A stretch of DNA of 63,810 nucleotides, filler included, from Chiloscyllium plagiosum (GCF_004010195.1; 5 parts of one record of this genome joined end to end with filler, not necessarily neighbours in it), one strand, 5' to 3'; shown: positions 47,549 through 61,295, counted from the whole stretch's first letter. Made by a program: numbers and translations. Notes: generated by a model not told the origin, from the letters alone.

Positions 47549-48566
47549 CTTCCAATTAAACCTGTTGGACTATAACCTGGCGTTGTGTGATTTTTAACTT
47601 AATAAGACACTTGTGTTTTGAATTGCACATTCCCATCTATTTAGCAATTATTATAGGAATATACTTACAGTGAGTTTTCTGATCTATCCCTTTACATACT
47701 GCTTCTGTTCTTTCAGTGATCTATCCCATAATCTAGTATCCCAGGAACTGTTAGCTAGTTTCTGAAAGCGCTTGACTTGGGGATATCTGAAGGATGTTTC
47801 CTCTTGGAGGAGAATCTAGAATGAGGATTCAGAGTTTTAAAATGAATGGTCATCCAGGTGAGGAAAGGAAACAAATTCACTCAGTGACTTGCATCTTTGA
47901 AATCCCCTTCCTTCAAAGGCTGTGGATGCAGAATTTTAAAATATTTTTTAGGCAGAGGGAAATAGATTCTTGATTACCAAGTGGATGAAAGATTAACAGG
48001 GGATGTATAGGAATGTAGGGTGGGGGATATCCCTGATCTGATTGAATAATAAAGCCTGCTCTGGGGGCTGCTTGCACCTTGTTACTACATTCAGATTTCA
48101 TGTTCAGATAGTCAGTTATTTAGATGTAAAATGCTCATCACGGACCTATTCTCCTTTCCAATCTGAGTGTAAAATTCAACCAGATGATGGTCACAGCTAC
48201 CTGAGTGCATTAACACTGCAAATGCATTGATTTATCATATCACATTAACCAACACCAGTTCCAGTACAGCTTCTTTTCTGTTTGGTTTCATATGTGACAG
48301 CTGTACAAACCACTGTTACCTACTTGTATAGGTATAGCAAAGTCTTTAAAACCCACCCCCGCTTCCATCATGGACATGCTGGTGTCTGCTGGAAGTATCT
48401 GGGATGTCTCAGATTGACTCACCATCAACACTTCTTTTATTAGTATTAGACTGAGCTACTGATACCACATAGGGAAGGATACCCATGAAATGTCTTAGGT
48501 CGAAGATGGGCTCTATCTCAATGATCAGCAAGGCTTTCTTACATTGCACTTAATAGCTAACTGACT

Positions 48567-49130
48567 TAGCGAGTTTTGAGAAGATTTGTAGCTAAGGTTG
48601 AGGTTTTGAATTTAGGTTTGCTCGCTAAGCTGGAAGGTTCATTTCTAGACGTTTCGTCACTCTACTAGGTAACATCTTCAATGGGCCTCAGGTGATTCCT
48701 GTTTTCTATTTATAAAGGGGCAGCATGGTGGCTCAGTGGTTAGCACTGTTACCTCACAATGCCAGGGACCCAGGTTCAATTCCTGTCTTGGACATCCGTC
48801 CTTGTGGAGTTTGCACATTCTCCCTGTGTCTGAATGGGTTTCTTCCGGGTGCTCCGGTTTCCTCCCACAGTCCAAAGATGTGCAAGTTAGGTAATTTGGC
48901 CATGCTAAATTGCCCATAGTGTTAGGTGCATTAGTCAGAGGGGAATGGGTCTGAGTGGGTTGCTCTTCAGAGGGTCGGTGTGGACACTGTAGGTAATCTT
49001 ATCTAATGTTTGGGGTGGTGATGTCATCTCCTGCTCTTTTTCTCAGAGGCTGGTAGATGGGGTCTAACTCGATGTGTTTGTTGATAGAGTTCCAGTTGGA
49101 ATGTCATGCTTCTAGGAATTCTCGTGCGTG
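48567..49130 (-). mobile_element. PLE family 3 fragment interrupted by an HE1 SINE
   Basis: Homologous to 44668-44960; hammerhead-like UUGAAGA-U-GUUACC..GUGAC-GAAACGUC at ~48646-48683. Confidence 0.75.
48716..49005 (+). mobile_element. HE1-type V-SINE
   Basis: Complete head, V-domain and tail. Confidence 0.88.
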
Positions 49131-49999
49131 TTGACTTCCATCTCAGATGCACAATATTCTGTTGTCTGAGATCAGGTCCAACTTAATGTTGGGCAGATGC
49201 TGGATATCAGAGTCAAGATTAGGGTGGTGCTGGAAAAGCCCAGCAAGTTAGGCAGCATCCGAGGAGCCTTTTATCAACTTAATGTTAAGCTTGCATTATA
49301 CAAAGCATGATCACAAAGTATTGCTGAGAAGCATGGAGTTCAGTCAAGTCCCAGCAAATTTTGGAAAACCGATATGGCATTGTACAACTTTGCAGGAGTC
49401 TGGTTTAGTCCTAGCAACACTAGTCCACATTATCTCAATAGGAGGAGCATTTCCGTTTTCTCTTTCAAACACTAACTATCTTATACAATCGAAATCGACT
49501 TGGGTATGTTCTCTTCAGTGTTTCTGGAAGCAGCATGATATAAAATATGCTTGGACCACTCTGGTGCAGTTCAAATGTACAGGAAACTTCAACACAAAAC
49601 AATATAACTTCAGCATCAGCATAAATGTAATTGTCACTTTTTGGGGAGCTACAGCGGTGGTGACAATATCAACTAGCATTGGTTTCAAGACAATTCACAA
49701 CAGCCATTGCCAACACAAGGAGACCCACTAACTTGGCACCACCCTCTTGAACTGCCCTACCTGACCAACCTCCATCCCACCTATCCACTCCACCCTTCAC
49801 TCTGCCCTTTCATCATCACCCTCCACCTTCACCTACCTATTGCATTCCCAGCTACCTCCTCCCTCCCAGCCCCACCAAACTCCCATTTATCTGTTAGCCC
49901 CCTTGTTCCTCCCCATCCCCTAGCCATATTCTTTTCCAGCTGTGCTTTTCCAGTGACACAAGGAGAGAATAGGACGGGTAACTAAAATGCTTGATAATG

Positions 50000-50670
50000 C
50001 ATACAGGGAAGATGCTAATGAGATCACATCTGGAGCAATGTGAGCAGTTTTGGTCACCTTATTTAAGGAAAGATATCATTTCGTTGGAGGCAGAGAATGT
50101 TCACTGGGATGGTTCCTGGTATGCAGGAAATGCATTATGAGCAAAAGTTAAACAGATTGGGACTCTACTCACAGGAGTTTAGAAGAATGAGAGATGATCC
50201 CATTGAAACATATCAGATCCTTAATGCTAAGAGGATGTTCCCCTCATGGGAAAGTCAAAAACAAGACGACGCAGTCTCAGAACAAAAGGCCTCAATTGAA
50301 GGCTGAGATGAGGAGGACATTCTTTTCCCCGAGGGTTGAGCCTTTGGGGAACGCCTTCAAACTGAAGGCTATAGGGGCAGAGCCTTTGTGTATATTTAAG
50401 GCTGAGATAGAAGAATTCTTGATCACTTGGGGAATTTAGGGTTAGAGGCAAAATGCAGGAAAGTGAATGTGAGAAATGTCAGATTGGTCACAATCCCATT
50501 AAATGGTGGAGCAGGCTTGAGGGGTCGAATAGGTAAAAACAAGGACTGCTGATGCTGGAGATCAGAGTCTAGACTAGAGTGGTGCTGGAAAAGCACAGCA
50601 GGTCAGGCAGCATCCGAGGAGCAGGAGAGGTCGAATGGCTACTCCTGTTCCTATTTCTTATGGTCTTATA
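50000..50670 (+). mobile_element. CR1 LINE 3' fragment
   Basis: LNRLGLYSQEFRRMRDDPIETYQI; MRRTFFSPRV; TTCTTATGG tail. Confidence 0.8.
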
Positions 50671-51966
50671 AGGAATAGAGAGAGAGAGAGATGAACTGAG
50701 AGATTTAGTGAGGGAATTCCTGAGCCATAAGCCAGGGCAATCAAAGGCATGGCCTTCAATGACGACGTAATTGAAAACGAGTGTTTGTGGGGCAGAGTTG
50801 ATGCCAACAGTGTAGTTTCAATTTTAGCCCCAGCTAAGGCTACAGTGAAGGTTCCAATTTCTCAAACCCGTCCCTCACCTGAGGTAGACTAAATCACCAC
50901 TGGTCATCTCATTCTCATGAGATAGCAGCCCTATGGTCCGACAGAACTGTGCCACTTTACCTTTTTGATTAAAAAACAAGATTGCACGGGTGGAAAGACC
51001 GAAAGCAGAATTGTTACAACAGTAAAACACAGGCTCCCTCCCAAAATGGAGATTAAGACTGGGGGGTGCCTGGGCCGAGCATTGAGACAGTCTATTTGCT
51101 TCAGTTTCCCGGGATATAGGAGAGTTTCCAACTGATGATGAGTGAATACAAGCAAAATAAACTCTTGCCTGATTGCCATTGCATCAAACCTCCCATCCCA
51201 TTTAGTTAAAACCAAAACTTTTTACAACATAAACAGGTAAAAAATGTTTCCACTTGCAAGGGACCCCAAACTTAGGGATCATTAATATGAAAACATCACT
51301 CATAAATCCAACAGTGAATTCTAGAGAATCTCAGTCACCAGACAATGATTAAATTGTGGTACTCACTCCAACATGAAGTCATTGAGGTGAAAAGCATAGT
51401 ATTGAAGGAAATGCCAGGTAAATGCCTGAGGAGTAAGAAGTAGACAAATATATTGACAGAGTGGCATAAAGTCAGATTGATGGAAACACATTGGACCATA
51501 AACACAAATTTGGACTTGTGGGCCAAATGTCATCAAGTCATAGCCTTTTATGGTACAAAAGGAAGCCATTTAGCCCATTGAGTGCCTGACAGGTTGGTCT
51601 CTATGTGTGCGTTGGTTCCATGCATTGCTACACAAAAGCATTAATCTGTTAACTTTCAATTCATGTTTATGTCTTGCGAATTCTTGACTATGCTCATCAA
51701 ATCAAGAAAATTACCACAGAAAACGCATTTAAAATTTAAATGTCCCATTGTATGGAGCAACATTGTGCCTAATCAAACAGTTCCTTATTAATGTGCGTAT
51801 GATTGAGAACTTTATTTAAATTGGAAAGTCTAAGTGAAAGAACAAAGCACACGGCTTGAGAAATGTTGAAGGTCAATAGAAGTGACAGAAGGAGATCAGA
51901 TAAATCAGGAAGATGATGGGTAGTGGTAAGAACTTTGTTTTTTAAAGAGCTTTGATTGTAGGAGGT

Positions 51967-52884
51967 GGTATGGACCAGCCCAAACCGCATCAAAATATAT
52001 TAAGAAGATATCCCGGACTCTAACTTTAAATAAAGGCAAGTTTTTTTTAATCATCCATAGCTATGGGCATCACTGGCGAGAGGAGCATTTATTGCCCAGA
52101 GGGCAGTTAGGAGTCAACTACATTGCTGTGGGTCTGGAGTCACATGGCTAGACCATGTAATGATGGTAGTTTCCTTCCCTAAAGGACATTAATGAACCAG
52201 ATTATTATTAAATTCAGATTCCCCCATGGCAGGTTTTGAACTCAGGTCCGCAGAACTTTACCTGGATCGCTGGATTAACAGCCTAATGATAATACCTCCA
52301 GGCTATTGCCTGCCCATGCCAGGAGTCACATTCCGGATATAATTTGTTCGGTCAAACTACCCGTTTTGAAGTAAAACACACTTTATTTTAACACACTGTT
52401 GTTAAAATACAACAAAAAAAAAGTAGAATAATCTAACTCTAATGGAAATCTTAGCAGAACAAATGATTATTTATCTATTAAACAGTAACTGTTCCAATAT
52501 AATAACATCCCATGCACATACCCTTGGCAAAGGCAAATTCAGTAAAATAGATCACCTCACAGACAAATTTCCAATACAGGAGGAAACACATCAAATAAAG
52601 ACTTTGAAAGAGAGGGTAGTAGGGAGGGATGTACTGCAGCTTCAAGACCCTAGCAACTGCGAGTGAAAATCTAAAACTAAACATCCTGCGTTCTCTGGAA
52701 GCTTAACCCTACCCATTCAGGCTGTTCCAACTTTAATACAAGACCCAACTTTAATATAACATCCAAGACCTCACAAACTCTTTAATTTATTGGCATTGCA
52801 GCAAACTACTCAGCACCTCTGTCTAAACTTTTCTTCATTAAAAAAGAGGATAAAATACACTTTTTAAAGTCATTATTTTGTCAC
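51967..52884. mobile_element. Possible solo LTR containing a SINE (52050-52315)
   Basis: TG...TCACA-bounded segment; no clear TSD. Confidence 0.35.
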
Positions 52885-53145
52885 AGATGAAACACAGAAG
52901 TTCAACTGTGTAAGGTAATGAAATGGTTGACATTAAAAGGAAGTAGCAAGTCATAAAAATCGTCAATTATTAACACATTTTGTATTGAGTTCATTTTTTA
53001 AGAGGTTTTAAGCTTCAAAGGGACCTGATATCTGAGTTAGGTTTCAACTAGAATTCCAAAAGAAGATAAGCCACATAAATATCGTAAGGGTATGGAGTTA
53101 TTTTTCACAATCAGTACTTCTTTAAGAGATATGCTCACAAGGTCA

Positions 53146-53420
53146 GGGTGGCACAGTGGCTCAGTAAGCAACATTCCAGCTGTGAGTGACTGTCTGTGTG
53201 GAGTTTGCATGTTCTCCCCATGGGTTTATCTCGGCTGCTCCAGTTTCCTCTCACAGTCCAAAGATATGCAGGTTAGGTGGATTGCCCATGGTAAATTGTC
53301 CATAGTGTTCAAGGATGGGTCTATTAGTCATTCTAAATGTGGGGTTACAGGAATAGGGTGTTCAGGGGATAGGTGCTAACTTGATGGCCCAAATGGCTCT
53401 TTCTGCAGGGATTCTATTCT
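53146..53420 (+). mobile_element. HE1-type V-SINE
   Basis: V-domain motifs. Confidence 0.75.
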
Positions 53421-53844
53421 ATCATGACTGCGCCAAAGTGAATGACTGGAGGGAATAAATGTCTCATGGTCTATCTTACCTCAGATCATATGTAGCATAT
53501 CATCATAATGAAAATATGTTACTCTGCTGTAACTGATATTTTCAGTTAACTCAGACACTTCTGCCTAAGGAATGTAATTTTTATACAGCAGTTGTAATCA
53601 ATATTATAATAACATCCATATCCAGTTTCTTATGGTATGGGAGATAACATCAACATTGTCAAATCAGATAAGATCAGATAACCCTGACAAGGGCAAACGC
53701 ATAAACAGTGAGCACTTGTGGTTATCTAGAATAGACTCCAATAACGTGGTGGTTCATTCTTGAAAAAATAATTGAAGATCAATAAGGACACAGATTTGGG
53801 CAACAGAGAATTCTGACAAAATAAGAATCTTACATCCTTCAGCA

Positions 53845-54460
53845 AGATCCAAACTGATTAGTGACTTCAGAAAGAAAGGAGTAAGACATGACCCTAGCTA
53901 CCTCAACGGAGCTGAGGTTGAGAGGGTCGAGACTGTCAGATTCCTTGGAGTGACAATAATTGACGATCTGTCCTGGACCTCCCACGTAGATGCAAAGGTC
54001 AAGAAGGTGCAACAACGCCTTTTCTTCCTCAGGTAGCTTAGGAAATTTGGCATTTCCATAAGGACCCTCACCAATCTTTACAGATGCACCATAGAAAGCA
54101 TTCGACCTTGATGCTTAATGGCCTGTTATGACAACTGCTCTGCCCAAGACCGTAAGAAACTACAGAAGGTTGTGTGCACAGCCCAGACCATCATGGAAGC
54201 CAACCTCCCATCCATGGACTTCATTGCCACGGAAAGGCCACCAACGTCATCAAAGACTCCTCCCACCTCAGTAATACTCTTCTACAACATCTTCCATCAG
54301 GCAGAAGATATAGAAGCTTGAGCACATGCACCAACAGGTTTAAGGACAGCTTCTTCCCCGCCATTACTTGACTGATGAATGACCTCTCTAATTTTGATGT
54401 TGCTTTGTGCACTTCCTGGGTAGTGTAACCTTGCATGCCTTGTTCTGTCTAAGCACCTTA
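53845..54460 (+). mobile_element. Rex1/Babar LINE fragment
   Basis: VERVETVRFLGVTIIDDLSWTSHV...QQRLFFLR; TNRFKDSFFP. Confidence 0.85.
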
Positions 54461-54465
54461 TAATT

Positions 54466-56035
54466 TGTATTTGGAGGTGCTGGTGTTGGACGGGGGTGGA
54501 CAAAGTTAAAAATTACACAACACCAGGTAATAGTCCAATAGGTTTATTTGGAAGCACTATCTTTCAGAGCGCCGCTCCTTCATCAGGTGGTTGTGGAGTA
54601 TAACATCCTAAGACACAGAATTTATAGCAAAAGTTTACAGTGTGGTGTAACTGAAATTATATATTGAAAAAGACCTGGATTGTTTGTTAAGTCTCTCATC
54701 TTTTAGAATGAACATGTTAGTTACAATTCTTTCATATGTAAATTGCAGAACTTTTTTGAAAGTTACATTCTCAAGTAAACTTTAACAATCAGTGTCATGT
54801 CGGCCCAGATAATGCATTGAAGGTGTGAGGTGCCCTGTGTGAGGTTGTCTGTGCCCCAATGTTCAGACTAATTCTAATCTCAAAAACGGATTTACAAAAT
54901 CTTACAAGGATTCATGCAGATTTTGAGCAAAATAAAATTTAATTCTGCAAGTAAAAATTCACCCCACAAACTTATATGTGTGCGTGCATGTGGGTGTCTA
55001 TACGTGTGTGTGTGTGTGTATATATAGTGCAGTGGGGTCACCTGTAGTGTGACATGAACCCAAGGTCCTGGTTGATGCCACCCCAATGGGTATCGAACTT
55101 GGCTATCAGCCTCTGCTTGGCCACTTTGCGTTGTTGCCTGTCCTGAAGTCTGCCTTGGAGGAATGTCACCTGAAGATCCGAGGTCGAATGTCCCTAATCG
55201 CTGAGGTGTTCCTGACTGGGAGGGAAAACTCCTGTCTGTTGATTGTTGAGCCATGCCCATTCATCCATTGCCATAGCCTCTGCTTGGTCTTGCCAGTGTA
55301 CCATGCCTCAAGGCATCTTTGCTGGCAGAGTATGAGATAGACAATGTTGGCCGAGTCATATGAGTACCTGCCATGTACACGGTGCCACCTTGTATGTATG
55401 AGGTATTCGACCCTGGACCTTCAGGTGACTGTCCGCCAAGGTGGACTTCAGGACAGGCAGCAACGCAAAGTGTCCGAGCAGAGGCTGCTAACCAAGTTAG
55501 GTACTCGTGGGGATGGCCTCAACTGGGACCTTGGGTCCATGCCACACCACAGGTGATCTCACTGCACTACACACACACACAGACACAGACACACACGCAC
55601 ATACACACAGACACTCCTACACACACGCTCCTACAGATACACGCTCTTATGGACTCACACACACTCCTACACACCCATACACTCTCTCATACACAAGCTC
55701 TCTCAGACTCACACATACACTCCCACACTCACACGCACACACATACCCTCTCACAAACATATACCCCTTTACACTCACATATGCACACTCACTCACTGAC
55801 ACTCATAACACCCCCTCACATACCACCCACATGCACACACACAAATAAATTTGTGGGATGAATTTTTACTTGCAGAATTACATTTTATTTTGCTCAAAAA
55901 CTGCATGAATCCTTGTAAGATTTTGTAAACCCCGTTTCTGAGGTTAGAATCAGTCTGAACATTGTGGCACAGACAATCTCACACAGGGCACCTCACATTT
56001 GCAGTGCATTGTCTGGGCCGACATGACACCAATTA
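54466..56035. mobile_element. PLE family 2 in inverted arrangement with GIY-YIG remnant
   Basis: Minus strand ~55260-55380 encodes ANIVYLILC...AWYTGKT..L...MNGH; 55405-56035 is an inverted copy of 54790-55190; mutated hammerhead ~54555-54590. Confidence 0.85.
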
Positions 56036-56039
56036 CTTA

Positions 56040-56233
56040 GAACATAGAAGAATACAGCGCAGTACAGGCCCTTCGGCCCTCGATGTTGCGCCGATCCAAG
56101 CCCACCTAACCTACACTAGCCCACTATCCTCCATATACCTATCCAATGCCCGCTTAAATGCCCATAAAGAGGGAGAGTCCACCACTGCTACTGACAGGGC
56201 ATTCCATGAACTCACGACTCACTGAGTAAAGAA
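56040..56233 (-). mobile_element. CR1/HER1 3' end
   Basis: (AGAACAT) tail plus ACAGGCCCTTCGGCCC. Confidence 0.75.
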
Positions 56234-56333
56234 NNNNNNNNNNNNNNNNNNNNNNNNNNNNNNNNNNNNNNNNNNNNTTAATTAATTAANNNNNNNNNNN
56301 NNNNNNNNNNNNNNNNNNNNNNNNNNNNNNNNN

Positions 56334-56513
56334 GTTACATACAAAAGTGCAGACAATACAGACCCAGCAAGCCCCCACCCCTCCCACCTTCCGACCGCTC
56401 TAAGGCAACAGTCCTGTTTGTTTTTGTTGCCCTGGGCTCCCTGATTGGCCCAGGTTAACAACCCCAATTAAGGATCTCATAATCAATGAGATCCATCTGG
56501 TTCCAATCGCCAC
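56334..56513 (-). mobile_element. Partial LTR
   Basis: Reverse complement of the 1816-1900 LTR start. Confidence 0.55.
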
Positions 56514-58169
56514 AGAAATGACGCTAATCTTTCTATTGGATTTTGCATAAAGACATTGACTTAGAGAACTGTTTTGACACAACACTCCACATCTCTGCAA
56601 TCAGAACAATCAATCACGACTACCTCCTCAAACAATCAGCTTAAAGATCACAAATGATCCTCACAGCATTTGACCAAGAATTTAATTCAATGCCAAATGT
56701 GGTGTAGAAAGCGAAATAAAGAGAAGGAAAGAAAATATGGTCAAGAACAAGAAAAAAACGAGATGTTCAGAAAAAGTTTATTAAAAACATATCTTTATAA
56801 ATTACCAACGATAATTAAAATCTGAAAGTATGATACACAACATATGTGAAAGCTAATTTTTAGCACTGAAGAGTTTGTTTGACAATAAATACGCCTCAGT
56901 ACACTTAAAAACAAAATTACTTCCACTGGAAATGAAGTGTCTGATATGTTTAATGGGTATAAGTTATGTAAGTGAAACCAAAGATCATGCGGTTCCCTGT
57001 GTGTCAATGGTGACGGGCTTATATTAGAAGGAGGAGTTTGTCAGGAGCAATGTCTGCCCTTTAACACTGATAAAGATGTCAAGGGAACAAGGATATGGTG
57101 GACACATTGAACAATTACCTTGTTTCAGAGTCTACAGGAGAGGAAAAGTCAATAGGTTAGACACCCAAGGGGCAAGTGGTCTATCCTATGAAGCTATAAA
57201 TCCTTCAGTTGCAACTAAGAGCTAAACAGTGTGGCTGTGGCAATCACAGGTTGGCAAGTAGAATCCCATAGAGTGGTGCTCAACAACATTTAGTCCAGAG
57301 AAGAGGAATCACTTTGGTCACCATGGAAACAGTACCATTAATGCGGAGAAGTCCTCCATAATTTCATCAGAAGTGGCGACCTGAGGAAATGCTCATAAGC
57401 ATGTTTACAAAATGTCGTCAAGATAACAGCCAGATAAGTTTCCCCTACCAATCTTCATTTATTCCAGAGAGATAATCTCTCACTTGCCCAAGATACATTC
57501 TAATTTATTTTTATGCCCACAGTCCAACCATTTTAGGAGGATTTGTCCAAATCGTTTGTTTGTTTTTTAATCCATTGAGAAAGAGCTCCTAATTGTGTCC
57601 GAATCCTTCATTCACCCTCTGGGCTGAATGATTTCCATTTGTGGTTTGGCTCCCTTACTCATAACTTATGCAGTAGGAGTTGGATGTTATATAATGCAGT
57701 AATAAAATTCAGTCTATTAAAACCAGGATAGTACACTTGAGGGATGCATCATAACAACACATTGTGTAACATATCGGGGTTGACTTGTCAACACGCCTGG
57801 AGTCTCCAAGAATTAGAAATGAATCTCCTCGGCCTGCTGTGATTTACTTGTGAATTACATTTTGGGTGCATTAAGCAAGGTTGTTTCCTCTGTCATTTAG
57901 TAGCTGCAAAGTGATTGGAAATGAATAATAGAAGTTGCCTGATTAGATAAGGCATTTGGAAGGGGAAGTGAGTGTCATCTGATCAAACGTCCAGGAATAA
58001 GTCCGGTTATAGTTGGTAACCCATCTGAAGAACAGCAGACATAGGCCATTCAGCCTGCTGATCTCTTCTATCAAAGAATATAATTGTGGCTGATCTGATT
58101 ATGGTCTTAACTCCCTTACTATTTACCCAATATCACTCTTAACATCCCTATAGATCAAAGATCTGTCCA

Positions 58170-58425
58170 TAGAGTCCCTACAGTTTCGAAGCAGGCCATT
58201 TGGCCTATCAAGTCCATACCGATCAAGAGCATCCCACCCACCTCCTTGATCTCGATGACCCTGCATTTCCCATGGCCAATTCTAACCTGCACATCTTTGG
58301 ATTGTGTAATGAAACCAGAGCACACCCACATGGAGCAACATGCAAAGTCCACATCGCCAATCAGTCAAGGGTGGAATCAAACCCAGGACCCTGCCAATGT
58401 GAGGCAACAGTGCTAACCACCAAGA
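58170..58425 (-). mobile_element. HE1-type V-SINE
   Basis: Reverse V-domain and tRNA head. Confidence 0.75.
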
Positions 58426-58821
58426 CACTGTCCTACCTGTAGTACTTGGCCATCCATTTCAACATTATCTCTCCGAAAATGTAGGCATCACTAGCAAGTG
58501 AGGTGTCTTGCTAAGCTACTTCAGAGGGCGGTAATGAGTCAACAACTATTGCTGTGGGCTGGGAGTCACTGATAAGCCAAATAACATCCTTTAGGGAAGG
58601 AAACTGCCACCCTTACCTGGTCTGGTCGACATCTGACTCCAGAAATACACCAATGTGGTTAACGTTTAACCGTCCTCTGAAAAGGAGCTGCATGGCTTTC
58701 ACTTCAAGGGAATTTAGAGATGGACATTAAATCCTAGCCTTGCCAGTGACACTCACATGCCATCAATGCATATTTTTGAAGTTAGTCATAGAGTCAAAGA
58801 GATCTGCAGCAGAGAAACAGC

Positions 58822-59280
58822 CTGATGGGTTTCAGCTCCAACAGCACTCAAGAAACGTGGCACCATTCAGGAGAAAGTAGCCCACTACATCCACAAACAT
58901 CACTCCACCACCAACGTTCAGTAGCAGCAGTGTGTACTATCTACAAGATGCACTGCAGAATTCACCAAAGATCCTCAGACTGCACCTTCCAAACCCACAA
59001 CCACTTCCATCTAGAAGGGCAGCAGATGCATGGGAATGCCACCACCTTAAAGTTCCCCTCCAAGCCACTCACCATCCTGACTTGGAAATATATCACCATT
59101 CCCTCACCGTCGCTGGGTCATAATCCTGGAATTCTCTTCCTAACGGCAATGTGGGTCTATCTCCAGCACATGGACTGCAGTGGTTAAAGAAGGCAGCTCA
59201 CCACTGTCTGCTTAAGGACAGTTAGGGATGGGCACTAAATGATGCTCTTGCCAGCGATGCCCACATCCTGCAAGTGATTA
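58822..59280 (+). mobile_element. CR1-clade LINE 3' fragment
   Basis: Colinear with 43360-43830. Confidence 0.8.
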
Positions 59281-59931
59281 AATTAGTACCAAAAGATGTA
59301 ATTAGCTAGCCAGTGCCCAAGGATCCCTATCCCAATACATTGCAGTGTCTGCAGAGGGAAACAGAAGCAATTGTCAGGCACCTCATTCCAGTTTCTGGGT
59401 ATCAGTGAGGTACACCTTCAATCCAAATGGAACACTGCGTGTCATGGTGATAAAAATCCTGGCAGTTGTCACTGAAAAAATTCCTCTTGTTAGCACAGCT
59501 GCTGGGGTGGGGGGAGGTGGAGCCCAATACTGACATTTAAACATACTCTCATTAGCCCTCCACTTCTTCAAACCTGCCAGAATCCTTTCAACTGCCTTAA
59601 TCTAGGATTTCCTCTAAATTACAGTCAGACACGAGATATTCTAACATTTCCCCTGTGCCTCCTATTCTTTGAAGAGCTGAGTCCCATTGAACTATTGTGT
59701 GTGGGCAGGATTGGTCTGGCCTGACACAGAGCCATTGGTGTGACAGCTGTCAGAGACTTTGGTAACTCTATCCCTTCCTCTGATTGAATTGACCACTTAA
59801 ACCCCACAGGCCTTGCTAGTTAAATGGCAGCCTGTCACCATCTCATTGAGTGAAAGAGAGAAAATGAAGGGCCCACTAGTTTATTTTCTGTCACCGCATT
59901 AAGCTTATTACGCATGTAATTGTTGAGGTAG

Positions 59932-60084
<153 letters not shown>

Positions 60085-60109
60085 TAAGATTTTCTTCATT
60101 AATACAAAG

Positions 60110-60631
60110 TGAAAAAACTCCACAGAGCCGTGTCCCAAAACCAACTCACCCTTTATTTACGCGTGGAGAGTCCTTGACGCTGATCCAGCTCCCTCAGAGC
60201 CAGCTCTCAGAGTGAACCGTACCTTTGACACTCCTGTTTGTTTTTTTTAGAGTGAACAAACCTCTGACACTCCTGTTTATCCCTTTTTTTTCTTTTTTTA
60301 AAAAAAAATCTCCCACACTCCTGCCTAACTGCGGTAGTGCTTATTTTTTTCCACAGCACCCATGGTGTGTGTGTGCAGGTGTGAGACACAGTGAGAGACA
60401 CAAGGTGTCTTTATTCAATTTCCACCACCAGGAAGAAATGAAACACCCGGGTGGCCAGTGACAAGCAGTGCCCTTCATAAAGGGCAATGCTGTGTGATCA
60501 AACAGTGAAGGGGAGGAATCTCTGTTTATTTTTGTCAGCCAAGACTTCCTGATTGGACCAGATTAACAGTGCTAGCCAGGGAACTCCTATTTACTGAGGT
60601 CCACCTGGCTGACCTTGTTACATTCACTATA
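60110..60631 (-). mobile_element. Solo LTR with 5-bp TSD CAAAG and an internal insertion
   Basis: CAAAG at 60105-60109 and 60632-60636; similar to 1816-2039. Confidence 0.7.
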
Positions 60632-61295
60632 CAAAGGACCTGGTCTTTGGTGGGCTGTCTGAGATACTTGTCATTTTCCACTATTCAATCCAAACTCCTC
60701 CCCCCTTACTTTTTGCCTCTAACTGATCATATTGTCAAAAACAAACACTTGTTCATACATCAACCAGCTCTATGCCAGATCTAATGGTGAATCAATGCTT
60801 TCAGCACTTGAAAGAGAGAGACAGAGCTTGTACTTCATGTAGGTAAAAANNNNNNNNNNNNNNNNNNNNNNNNNNNNNNNNNNNNNNNNNNNNTTAATTA
60901 ATTAANNNNNNNNNNNNNNNNNNNNNNNNNNNNNNNNNNNNNNNNNNNNTGTTGGAGGGCAGTTGCTGGGGGGGGGCCGCACTGTCGGCGGGTCAGTGCC
61001 CCTCCCCCCCCCGCCTTGAACACATCAGCTCAACATGCCTCTGACACGTTTCCAGGTAGTGCACTCTTAAACCAAACGAGGGTCAGGTTAGCTCAGTTGG
61101 CTGGATGGCCAGTGAATAACATTAACGGTGTGGGTTTAATTCCTGCACCAACTGAGGTCACCATGAGGGACTCTCCTTCTCAACCTTCCCCTTGCCTGAT
61201 GCGTGATGACCTTTTGATTAAACCACTCCTCGTCATCTCTCGCTAACGAGAGAGCAGGGCCATGGCCTTTGACTCTACTCACGCGTAAAAACAAA

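Larger units (their letters stand above)
47004..47600. mobile_element. ~600-bp palindromic PLE family 2 element, ~12-bp TSD
   Basis: Arms ~47039-47310 and ~47330-47600 are inverted; TTAATAAGAYAC at 46992-47003 and 47599-47610. Confidence 0.9.

Noticed and set aside
55373..55861. His/Thr-rich ORFs (also 33329-33819)
   Set aside because: Degenerate (CA)n microsatellite
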